From contig OZ242355.1 of assembly GCA_965208805.1 (NCBI GenBank), forward strand, positions 3,744,878 through 3,808,877: a stretch of 64,000 bases of DNA, read 5' to 3'. Below the pieces are notes generated by a model. The model saw only the letters and a list, made by a program, of their open reading frames with translations. It searched no databases and was not told where the DNA came from. Position numbers and translations under genes: made by a program. Positions 55,224 through 63,559 of this stretch are shown in pieces. Within the stretch, counting starts at the first letter, position 1. Each line of letters opens with the position of its first letter. The stretch is from Acidimicrobiales bacterium. Lineage in GTDB: Bacteria; Actinomycetota; Acidimicrobiia; Acidimicrobiales; Bin134.

Positions 55224-55312
55224 CAAACCACGGCGCTTGCCGGAGCCCCCCGCCCCAGTAACAGGGTTGAGGCGAGGTTGGGGCACCGGTAGGGTAGGAC
55301 CGTCGCTCGGGG

Positions 55313-55873
55313 ATGGCGAAGCGTTCCCCCTCCAAGGATCGAAGAGCCAGGAGGCTGGTTGTGCCGGCGAGCGAACCGATTGATGAGAAGGTGCGTTGGG
55401 CGCTGATGAGGCGCCTGATCGAAGTCCTGGGGGAGGAGGAGGCTGAGACGCTCATGGACAGCCTGCCCCCCGTGGTGTGGAGCCAACTGGCCACCAAAGA
55501 CGATCTCGGTGCCTTGGAGAAGCGGCTGATGTTTGCCATGGACTCCAGGTTCACCGAGTTCAAGTCCGAGACCAGAAACGAGTTCACCGAGTTCAAGTCC
55601 GAGACCAGAAACGAGTTCACCGAGTTCAAGTCTGAGATCAGAAACGAGTTCACCGAGTTCAAGTCTGAGATCAGAAACGAGTTCACCGAGTTCAAGTCCG
55701 AGATCAGAGGCGACATCGGCGCGATGAAGGGCGAGCTCACCGCGATGGAGGGCAAGTGGGCGCTCCAGCTGGCCCGCACTACCCGCACCGTCGTGCTCAG
55801 CTTCGTAGGGGTCGCCGTGGCCATGCTGGGCGCCATGGTTGCCCTGGGCCAAGCCGGCCTCCTCGCCGCCTGA
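55313..55873 (+). CDS. Coiled-coil, C-terminally membrane-anchored protein (DUF1640-like) with 11-aa tandem repeats
   Basis: 186 aa. LATKDDLGALEKRL, then five FTEFKSE(T/I)RNE repeats. C-terminal TM VVLSFVGVAVAMLGAMVALG. Confidence 0.6.
   Translation: MAKRSPSKDRRARRLVVPASEPIDEKVRWALMRRLIEVLGEEEAETLMDSLPPVVWSQLATKDDLGALEKRLMFAMDSRFTEFKSETRNEFTEFKSETRNEFTEFKSEIRNEFTEFKSEIRNEFTEFKSEIRGDIGAMKGELTAMEGKWALQLARTTRTVVLSFVGVAVAMLGAMVALGQAGLLAA
55550..55714 (+). repeat. 5 x 33-bp perfect or near-perfect in-frame tandem repeat
   Basis: TTCACCGAGTTCAAGTC(C/T)GAGA(C/T)CAGAAACGAG units start at 55550, 55583, 55616, 55649 and 55682. The last unit is diverged at its 3' end. Confidence 0.95.
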
Positions 55874-56081
55874 GCGCCACCGACACGGCAAAAGATCAGG
55901 TCGGTCTTTTCAGGAGATGCGTTCCTTATGTTTGAAACTCCCTCTCAGACCTGCCAAACTTGCTCTGTGCTGGACCAGGGTCAGGTTCGGCGCGGTTGAC
56001 ACGGGGCCATCCGGTCCCGTGCCCGTTAGGGTGTCAGCCACCTGATATGGTTTTGGAATCCAAGGCCCGTCTGATAGAAAG

Positions 56082-59000
56082 TTGTCCATGATGATGCTTC
56101 ACTCGGTTTGGTCCGACGGTGGGAGTGCTGCTGCTCGTCGGAAAGTAATGATCGCCTTTGCGGTTTTGGCGCTGGTGGCCAGTGTGCTGGTCTGGGCGGC
56201 GCCCAGTTCGCAGGCTCAGGCCAACCAGGCGCCGTTCGCGGATGCGGGTTCTGATCAGACGGTGAACCCAGGTACTTCGGTCACCCTCACCGGCGCAGGC
56301 AGTATTGATGTAGACGCTGGCTCCACCGGTGACTGCGGTGGCTGCGAGTTCGAGTGGGAGATCGAGACCGGCCCGTACGACTGGATTTCGATCGGGGAGG
56401 ACTCCGACACAGCGACTGACGACACCGCAACAGCCGGTGCCGCGTTCGAGGTGCCGTCGGAGGCTTTTGTCGACAAGGTGGCTGACAGCGATCCCCAGAA
56501 GTATGAGATCGTGGTGCGGTTGACGGTTACCGATGACGACGGCGCCACCGACACTGACACTGTGAGCATCAACATCAACCAGCGTCCGGTCGCCGACATC
56601 CAGGTGTACGCCGGCCTGCGCGATCGGACCATTACCGACGGCGATCTCGGCGAGATGGGCCATTTCCCGGTTGACGCGGTGATCGACGGGCCGGGCGAGA
56701 ACGGCAACCGCGACAACGAGTGGGACATCATGGAGGGGGCCTGGCTGCAACTGGACGGCTCCGGCAGCACCGACGAGAACCCCAGCACCGGCAAGCCGTC
56801 TGCCTATCAGTGGACCCGGGTGCGGCCAACAGGCGCCCTTGACGGTTACGCCGATAGCCAGAGCGAGGCTTCTGCGACCGGCCAGCGCCTGGAAGTCGCC
56901 GAAGCCAATTCCGCGGCCGACAACGTCACGATCCTTGACTTTGGCGACTTGGACGACGATGGAGACACCGGAACCAACAGCGACGGTACCGTCGCCACAG
57001 AGGATCCAGATGACGGCGAGAACCTTGTGGTCTACACCCTGCCTGATGTCATGCCGAGGCAGCCGCAGACGGTGTTCTACCAGCTGACCGTGTGCGACAG
57101 CAGCCCGGCAGTTGCAGCAGACATCACGACCGCAGCGAACTGCACCAACGGCCGCACTGGCGCCGCGCTGATCCGGATCGTGGTGCATGACACGTCGTCC
57201 GCTCCTGAGGTGGAGATCGAGGCTGCCTTGACCAGCTCGAGCGCAGCTCGGGGCGACGCGGCGCCTCAGGAGACCGTTGGCCGGTTCACCGGCGTGGAGA
57301 ACCAGTTCATCGTCGCCGCCGGCTCAACGGTGCTGTTGACCGCCGAGGTGGAAGACGACGACCAGGCCTCGGGCCACAACCACCGGTGGAGCGGGGCTAC
57401 TGGGGTTCCCGGCACGGCCACGGCGACAGTGAGGGTTCCCGCCGACGCCGACGACGGCCACACCATCGACGGGTCGGTGACGACTACCGACGCCACCAGG
57501 ATCTCGGTGACCACCGCCTTCCAGCTTCTGGTCGGCGAGAACACGGCGCCCACCGCCGGCGGGGTGCCCGCCAACATGGACTCGATCGACAACCCGCAGT
57601 CTGGCGATCCGGTCATCTACGTCCACAAGGTCACCGACGGCTTCCAGAACCGGAAGGACGGCTCGACGGTGACCCTGCGAGGCGTAGGCAACGACGCTGA
57701 CGGCGACTCCATCATCACCGCCTGGGCGCTGAGAGAGGGTCCCGACCATGCCGCTCTCAACACAACTATCGGCACCTGGATTACGGCTATCGAGGCCATC
57801 GCTCCCGACGCCGACGCCGCAACCCGGGCCGGCGCAGAGGCAGCAGCCGCGGGAGCGGCCCTGGCTACCGTCGGCGCGGCCCTGCAAGACATGCAGGAGC
57901 CCGACAAGCCGCTGTTCGAGCTGAGCGGCGCTTTGACCGACACGGTTTCGTTCGACGTGCCGAATCTGGAGAACGGCGAGGACGCGGGCACCATCCTGCT
58001 GTTCAGCGTGATCGACTCCAACGGCGTGGCCGACGCTCAGATCGTCTACGTCTACGTCAGCGCTGATGACGATATTCCGAATGCTGACGCCGGCGGCAAC
58101 CGGCAGGTCGATCCCGAGGCGTTCGTGCGGCTGAACGGGTCGGCCAGCTCCGATCCCGACGTGGGCGACAAGATCACCTACAGCTGGGAGTACGTCGGCG
58201 CGACAATGGACCCGGCTCCGGATGAGCGTTCGCCGCTGTCTGCTGACGAGATCGACGAGCTCGACGGCTGGATCCTCAAAAAGGACGCCACCGCCACCGG
58301 CGGCTTCACCTACATCGTGAAGTCCGACGGCACCCGAGCCGACGGCGTGGCGGACGGTGACTTCGGCAAGCTCCAGAGCACTACTAGCGCTTACCCGTAC
58401 TTCGACGCTCCCGATCTCACCGGGTTCAACAACATCGAGCTGACCTTCCGGCTAAAGGTGTCTGACACCGGTGGAACGGACCTGAACGGCGACGGCACCA
58501 TCGACGCCACTGCCGTGGACGATCTAGACGAGACTGAACTCGGCTTCGACCTGAATGGTGACGGCGATGCCCTAGACGAAGATGTTGACGGTGTCGTTGA
58601 GGACACCACCAACGGCAACGACTACGCCATGGTGGTGATCACGGTTGTGAACCGGTACTTCTCCGGGAACATCCCGGGTCCGGGCTACTGCTACGGCGTG
58701 AGCCTTGGCGGCCCGCAGACCTATCCGTTCGACAGCGACAAAGACAATGTGGCCGACACCTGCTCGCTGAACACCACCCGCCGGGCGACGGTGGCCCGCC
58801 AGAACGCTCTGGAGACCCTGGCCAACCTGAACACGGTTGAGTTCGGCAACGCGGTGAACGCGGCGTGCAATGCTCCGGGGTTCAAGCAGCGGAGCTACGG
58901 CGACGACCCCGCCGACCTCGACGGCGATGTGTGCGAGACCGGCCGGGTGTCCCCGCCGCCGGCCGAGGTGGATGCCGCCGACGCGGACGTGTTCTACTCC

Positions 59001-59528
59001 GGCCCGCTGATCACCGGCCCGGACTTCTGCACCGACCACAGCCTGGGCGGGGCCCGCGCCTACGCCCACGACAGCGACGGCGACGAAGTGGCCGACATCT
59101 GCTCGCTGTCCACCACAAAGCGCGAGGCCATCGCCCGCCAGCAGGGTCTGGAGACCTTCATCGTGGCCTTCTCCGCCGCCGAGCAGACCCGCCACGACGA
59201 GATAGCCGAGCTGATCATGCTGACCGGAGTTGCTTCCCCGACAACGGAACAGACTGCACGGCTCGCTGAGCTCAATTCGGAGTACGCCTCTGAGTTCGAG
59301 GAGGCCGACACCGGCACTGCCGACACGTTGGAAGCCGGCGCCGAGGTCACCAAGGCTCAAGCCGAGGTCGACCGTCTCGCCGCCAAGAAGGCCGACGCCG
59401 ACCGCTACTCCAACGCCTTGGCCGCCGCCTGCCGGGCCCTGGGCACCCGGGACTTCGGCGACGCGCCAAGCGCTTTGGCCCGCGACCTGTGCGTCACCGA
59501 CCCGACCACCGGGCGGCCGCTCGGCTAA
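56082..59528 (+). CDS. Giant secreted PKD/cadherin-like repeat protein with two C-terminal Cys-rich modules, the second split by a coiled-coil insert
   Basis: 1148 aa. The more likely start is ATG 56148, giving signal peptide MIAFAVLALVASVLVWAAPSSQAQA. Contains NQAPFADAGSDQTV and NADAGGNRQV PKD-like starts. Modules YFSGNIPGPGYCYGVSLGGPQTYPFDSDKDNVADTCSL and YSGPLITGPDFCTDHSLGGARAYAHDSDGDEVADICSL. Confidence 0.8.
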   Translation: MSMMMLHSVWSDGGSAAARRKVMIAFAVLALVASVLVWAAPSSQAQANQAPFADAGSDQTVNPGTSVTLTGAGSIDVDAGSTGDCGGCEFEWEIETGPYDWISIGEDSDTATDDTATAGAAFEVPSEAFVDKVADSDPQKYEIVVRLTVTDDDGATDTDTVSININQRPVADIQVYAGLRDRTITDGDLGEMGHFPVDAVIDGPGENGNRDNEWDIMEGAWLQLDGSGSTDENPSTGKPSAYQWTRVRPTGALDGYADSQSEASATGQRLEVAEANSAADNVTILDFGDLDDDGDTGTNSDGTVATEDPDDGENLVVYTLPDVMPRQPQTVFYQLTVCDSSPAVAADITTAANCTNGRTGAALIRIVVHDTSSAPEVEIEAALTSSSAARGDAAPQETVGRFTGVENQFIVAAGSTVLLTAEVEDDDQASGHNHRWSGATGVPGTATATVRVPADADDGHTIDGSVTTTDATRISVTTAFQLLVGENTAPTAGGVPANMDSIDNPQSGDPVIYVHKVTDGFQNRKDGSTVTLRGVGNDADGDSIITAWALREGPDHAALNTTIGTWITAIEAIAPDADAATRAGAEAAAAGAALATVGAALQDMQEPDKPLFELSGALTDTVSFDVPNLENGEDAGTILLFSVIDSNGVADAQIVYVYVSADDDIPNADAGGNRQVDPEAFVRLNGSASSDPDVGDKITYSWEYVGATMDPAPDERSPLSADEIDELDGWILKKDATATGGFTYIVKSDGTRADGVADGDFGKLQSTTSAYPYFDAPDLTGFNNIELTFRLKVSDTGGTDLNGDGTIDATAVDDLDETELGFDLNGDGDALDEDVDGVVEDTTNGNDYAMVVITVVNRYFSGNIPGPGYCYGVSLGGPQTYPFDSDKDNVADTCSLNTTRRATVARQNALETLANLNTVEFGNAVNAACNAPGFKQRSYGDDPADLDGDVCETGRVSPPPAEVDAADADVFYSGPLITGPDFCTDHSLGGARAYAHDSDGDEVADICSLSTTKREAIARQQGLETFIVAFSAAEQTRHDEIAELIMLTGVASPTTEQTARLAELNSEYASEFEEADTGTADTLEAGAEVTKAQAEVDRLAAKKADADRYSNALAAACRALGTRDFGDAPSALARDLCVTDPTTGRPLG

Positions 59529-59551
59529 ACCCCACCAACACCAAACCCAAA

Positions 59552-59583
59552 CCGGCCCGGCCCCCCCAAAGGGGCCGGGCCGG
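59552..59583 (+). terminator. Perfect 13-bp GC stem-loop after the giant gene
   Basis: CCGGCCCGGCCCC (59552-59564), loop CCCAAA, GGGGCCGGGCCGG (59571-59583). Confidence 0.6.
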
Positions 59584-59640
59584 CCCGCGTCAGTAGGCCA
59601 CCAGCAGAGGGGAACAGGTCTGTCAACTAGCTTCAACGGC

Positions 59641-59847
59641 GTGAATGGGGCATTTAGGCTTCTGGCCAGACGTTTATTTGTACTCTCAACCGCCTTTGCA
59701 ATGGCCGCGGCACTCCTTTCCCCTGTCCTCTGGCTTCCCGCTGCCTCGGCTCAGAGCGTCGCCGACGTCGAGGCCCGTGATCAGCTGATCGCCAACCAAG
59801 AGAACCTGCTGAACACCTATCGGTGTTTGTTCGGGGTGGACACCTAG
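59641..59847 (+). pseudogene. Signal peptide plus first repeat of a secreted protein, ended by an in-frame TAG
   Basis: GTG 59641 gives VNGAFRLLARRLFVLSTAFAMAAALLSPVLWLPAASA-QS. Then DVEARDQLIANQENLLNTYRCLFGVDT and TAG (59845-59847). The same frame continues as the next ORF. Confidence 0.5.
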
Positions 59848-60888
59848 GTGGTTCCCGGAGGATGTCCCGACCCGGACACAGTCACGCCGGGGGTTTCTCC
59901 GGTGAGTCCCACTCCCCAAGACATCGAGGTGCGAGACGGGCTGATACAAAGCCAGGAAGCCCTCTTGAACGTGTACCGCTGCCGCTTCTACGTCGATACC
60001 CAAATCGTTCCCGGCGGCTGCATCGACGGCGTGCCAGCTCCCACCACTCCAGAACCGGCCTCAACTCCCGAACCCGCAACCACCCCAGAACCGGCCAATA
60101 CCCCTGGGCCCACAACCACTCCCGAACCGGCCCTCATACTGGATGTCACCGCAGGTCGAATGCACTCATGCTCTATAGGTGCCGACCAAATCGTCAGCTG
60201 CTGGGGAGACAACAAGGTCGGTAAAGCCAGTGCTCCGTCGGGAGAGTTCACCTCGGTATCCGCGGGCTGGGAGCACACGTGTGGATTGCGGTCCGACCAG
60301 GCAGCCGTTTGCTGGGGCAGCAATAGCGTTGGGCAGTCGAACGCTCCCCGAGGAGAATTCAGCGCAGTCGACGCCGGCGGCTCGCATTCGTGCGGCATCA
60401 GGTCCTCGGGCAGGGTCGTCTGCTGGGGTGAGAACCTCAGGAGGCAGTCCAACCCTCCGTCGGGGGAATTCACCCACATCTCCGCTGACTTCCATTCGTG
60501 CGGGGTCAGAGTCGACCAGACCATCGCCTGCTGGGGATCGAACAGCGACGGTCAGACTGGCGCTCCGTTTGCCCTGTTCGCTTCCGTTGCGGCCGGCTGG
60601 TCGCACACGTGTGGAGCCACCATTGGGGGCAACATCTACTGCTGGGGGGCAAACGGCGAAGGCCAGACAAACGCGCCAAACCGCGATGAAACCCTCGCGG
60701 AGCTGTTGGCGGTTCGAACCGAGCTGATCTATCGCAGCGACCCCGCCGGGCTGATCGCATTTGTTGACATCGACCGGGCCTACACATTGGGAACGGACAC
60801 TTGGGTGGTGTGGGCTTGCGACACCGAGGCTGGAACCCTCGAGAACGACCCCGTTGAGATGGCTGAGCGCTTCACAAGCTGGGTCTAG
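59848..60888 (+). CDS. RCC1-repeat (beta-propeller) protein
   Basis: 346 aa. Second DIEVRDGLIQSQEALLNVYRCRFYVDTQIVPGGC repeat, a TPEPA linker, then about six HSCG/HTCG...CWG.N..GQ..AP RCC1-like blades. Confidence 0.75.
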   Translation: MVPGGCPDPDTVTPGVSPVSPTPQDIEVRDGLIQSQEALLNVYRCRFYVDTQIVPGGCIDGVPAPTTPEPASTPEPATTPEPANTPGPTTTPEPALILDVTAGRMHSCSIGADQIVSCWGDNKVGKASAPSGEFTSVSAGWEHTCGLRSDQAAVCWGSNSVGQSNAPRGEFSAVDAGGSHSCGIRSSGRVVCWGENLRRQSNPPSGEFTHISADFHSCGVRVDQTIACWGSNSDGQTGAPFALFASVAAGWSHTCGATIGGNIYCWGANGEGQTNAPNRDETLAELLAVRTELIYRSDPAGLIAFVDIDRAYTLGTDTWVVWACDTEAGTLENDPVEMAERFTSWV

Positions 60889-61044
60889 CCCTATTTCTCA
60901 TGGCTGTCGGGCGGCTCATATCGAGTTGAGTTCATCGCCGGTGGAACGGTCAAAGCCGAAAAGGAGCAGGAGTGCTACGACAACATTCGCAATACGCCCT
61001 CTCCGCAAAAGGCCAATGGCGCGGTCATCGTCGTCGACCTGGCG

Positions 61045-61884
61045 ATGATCGACTGCGGAACCGAAGCAGACTGCCGGATCGGTGGAGGGGGTCCCGGCCA
61101 CTGCTTTGACCGCCACCTGGATGAGTGGATTCCCAAAGTGTGTTCTCCTCACTGGCCCGAGAACTTCAGGGAAATCCGGCTTAGCACCTTGGGATTCACT
61201 TCGGTGCCCGGCCACATCCCCGACCCCCCCCCCACCGGATTCGTCATCGGCCATGAGCTGGGCCACGCCCTGAGCTGGCCCCACAGCTACGACCGGCCCG
61301 ACAGGCATTTCGGATCCAACTTGATGGACGTAATGGGCAACGGGCAATCACTGGCCTTTGGCACTCCTGCCATCAACCGGTACGCGGCCAGGTGGATCGC
61401 GCTCGACGAAGTCGCCATCCACCCCCACCCAGTTGACTCCTCCTCGCAACAACAAGAGACCGTCTACGAGCTGTACCCGCTGGGCCAGACGGGCACGCAG
61501 ATGCTGGTGCTTCAAACTGGAGCCAAAGGCGTGTTCTATACCCTGGGAGCTAGGGAGAAGGCAGGATTCGACGGCGATATCCCAGTCGAAGGAGTGGAGG
61601 TGTACTTCATCGACCAGAGCGCCTGGTGCGAGGACCACTTCTGGAATTCTCCGTTCCTGGGCACGGGTTACGGCCCCGGACGTCTCACAGACGTCTATAA
61701 GGAACCTGGCCGAAGAGTGCGGCCAGTTGGATACTTGCTCCCGCACGGCGCGGTCATCACCGGAGATGCCCGGCACGTGTACAGCGTCGGCGAGAGCGCG
61801 GTGATCGGCAACGCCCAAGTCCAGATCACCGGCCGAACCGCCGACGGCGCCGGGTACGTAGTGAAGGTCAAAGCAAGGCCCTAG
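61045..61884 (+). CDS. Metzincin-like zinc metalloprotease domain protein
   Basis: 279 aa. HELGHALSWPH (HExxHxxSxxH), then NLMDVMGNG (possible Met-turn). The frame is open upstream to the TAG at 60886-60888 with no ATG/GTG/TTG before 61045. Confidence 0.6.
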   Translation: MIDCGTEADCRIGGGGPGHCFDRHLDEWIPKVCSPHWPENFREIRLSTLGFTSVPGHIPDPPPTGFVIGHELGHALSWPHSYDRPDRHFGSNLMDVMGNGQSLAFGTPAINRYAARWIALDEVAIHPHPVDSSSQQQETVYELYPLGQTGTQMLVLQTGAKGVFYTLGAREKAGFDGDIPVEGVEVYFIDQSAWCEDHFWNSPFLGTGYGPGRLTDVYKEPGRRVRPVGYLLPHGAVITGDARHVYSVGESAVIGNAQVQITGRTADGAGYVVKVKARP

Positions 61885-61923
61885 ACCCCCACCGAAACCG
61901 CCTTACGGCTGAGCAGATCTGGC

Positions 61924-62012
61924 AAGTGAGAAAATTATTTCCAATTTTCTCACTTATGGACCAAAGTCTCGATGGAATTAAGTGAGAAAATTATTTCCAA
62001 TTTTCTCACTTA
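61924..62012. promoter_or_regulatory. Two copies of a 33-bp AT-rich palindromic element upstream of the Fic gene (putative operators)
   Basis: AAGTGAGAAAATTATTTCCAATTTTCTCACTTA occurs at 61924-61956 and 61980-62012. Each copy is a 13-bp inverted repeat (AAGTGAGAAAATT / AATTTTCTCACTT) around ATTTCC. The arms extend to 15 bp in copy 2. Confidence 0.7.
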
Positions 62013-62034
62013 ATGAGCAAGGTAAAATGAGGTT

Positions 62035-63450
62035 GTGGGCCGCTACACCATCCACCAGATACCAGCGGAAGAAGTCACACCGATATCCAAGAACGCTTCC
62101 CGAAAGCTCGAACATCCCTCTGGGAGCTTCGCCGCCTACCATCCTGATCCGCTCCTGACTCCCGGTTTGGACACTCTTCCCCATTGGGAAAGTGCAGCCC
62201 GTGCCACTGAAGCGGAGATAAAGGAGTTCGAGCAACAGCACGGCGGCTCTGCTTCTCGTATCGGCTGGGTGCTCCAAAGGTCAGAGAGTATTGGTTCAAG
62301 CACCATCGAAGACGTGAACCCCTCTCTGCGGAGAGTGGCTAGGGCCGAGGCCGTCACCCGAAACGGCGGCGATCCCCACGACGATTCTGCCTACGAGGCT
62401 ATCGGGAACATCGCTGCCACCCGTCTCGCCGCCGAGATCGGGGATGAACAAAGGCCGATCACCTTGGATGATCTGTTCTCAATCCACTCCACGTTGATGG
62501 ACCATACGTCCAAGCCCGAAGTGGGCGGGCACCTTCGTCCGGGTTGGGTTCGCGTCGGTGGGGTGCTTGGTGGCTACCCTCCGCCCGCGTATGTCGCCCC
62601 GCCGGCTGAGGAAGTCCCTGAGTTGATGGACGACCTGCTGGAGTACATAAACACCACTAGCCATCATCCGGTAACCGCGGCCGCTGTCGCTCACGTCCAG
62701 TTCGAGTCAATCCACCCGTTCCGCGACGGGAATGGAAGAGCCGGCCGAGCTCTAGTCCAGACCATCCTCCGCAAAGGCGGGATGACGCGCTACACCACCC
62801 CACCGATCAGCGCGGTCCTCGCATTCGATCGCGACGAGTACATCGCTGCCCTCGACGCAACCCGCTTCGAAGGATCGGCAGGGTCACCCGATCAGGTGAA
62901 CTCGCTTGACCGGTGGGTATCGCTCTTTTCCTCCACTGCGGAAGCCTCCTGCGACTATGCAGAGGGACTCATAACACGGATTGACTCGGTTACCCGCAGG
63001 TGGGAAAAGATGCTCAAAAGCCGCAAGGGATCGGCTCCCCGAAAGATCGCTGAGCACTTGCCCGAGATGCCCGTGTTCACCGTCCAGGGCATGGCTGACC
63101 AATTGGGCATTCCTCTGCCAACTGCCTACCGAGCCACAGAACGGCTCACGGCCGCGGGAATAGTCGCGCCGGTTCGAGGCAAACAACGCGGCCGCGACCT
63201 ATTCGAGGCTCCCGACATTCTGGATGTCTTCAAGGCCAGAACAGAACAATCCGAGACGTTCGGCTTGGTCTTAGACGATCTGACCCCGCAGATAAGCGGC
63301 AGGGTTGCCTCAAGGGACGAGAAGGTCGCTGAAGCCATTCGTTTGCGCCGACAAGGCCGAACTCTCCAAGAGATCGGAAATGCGCTGGGAATGTCCATCT
63401 CCTGGGCTCAGATCGTTACCCAGGGTGTCAAGCGCGGAGGACCAGGGTAA
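62035..63450 (+). CDS. fic: Fic/DOC-family protein with C-terminal winged-helix and extra HTH regions
   Basis: 471 aa with a GTG start. Fic motif HPFRDGNGRAGRAL. N-terminal SSTIEDV (inhibitory-helix-like SxxxE). wHTH VQGMADQLGIPLPTAYRATERLTAAGIV. Terminal RQGRTLQEIGNALGMS. Confidence 0.85.
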   Translation: MGRYTIHQIPAEEVTPISKNASRKLEHPSGSFAAYHPDPLLTPGLDTLPHWESAARATEAEIKEFEQQHGGSASRIGWVLQRSESIGSSTIEDVNPSLRRVARAEAVTRNGGDPHDDSAYEAIGNIAATRLAAEIGDEQRPITLDDLFSIHSTLMDHTSKPEVGGHLRPGWVRVGGVLGGYPPPAYVAPPAEEVPELMDDLLEYINTTSHHPVTAAAVAHVQFESIHPFRDGNGRAGRALVQTILRKGGMTRYTTPPISAVLAFDRDEYIAALDATRFEGSAGSPDQVNSLDRWVSLFSSTAEASCDYAEGLITRIDSVTRRWEKMLKSRKGSAPRKIAEHLPEMPVFTVQGMADQLGIPLPTAYRATERLTAAGIVAPVRGKQRGRDLFEAPDILDVFKARTEQSETFGLVLDDLTPQISGRVASRDEKVAEAIRLRRQGRTLQEIGNALGMSISWAQIVTQGVKRGGPG

Positions 63451-63559
63451 GCAGAGCGCACCCTAGACGCGGGCCGAACCCGGCCCCGTCCTGGTGTGGT
63501 CGACGGCAATGGAGCGAGTCGGATTCGACGGTGGGAGTGCTGCTGCTCGTCGGAAAGTA

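Noticed and set aside
55550-55714. Possible CRISPR array. The 33-bp repeats here and the 38-bp repeats at 12829 were considered.
   Set aside because: The units are contiguous with no spacers, they lie in frame inside or between coding sequences, and no cas genes are present.
56006-56045. A TTGACA-like hexamer upstream of the giant gene, as a promoter -35 box.
   Set aside because: The nearest TAnnnT-like hexamer is about 25 nt away, the wrong spacing. The paralogous upstream region at 63480-63525 is not conserved there, so there is insufficient support.
59845-60888. Pyrrolysine or genome-wide amber reassignment as the explanation for the two in-frame TAGs.
   Set aside because: No pylTSBCD-like genes are in the window. 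TAG terminates several conserved genes at their expected ends (16184-16186, 18871-18873, 25498-25500, 27244-27246). Local readthrough or pseudogenisation remain open and are reported as a finding.
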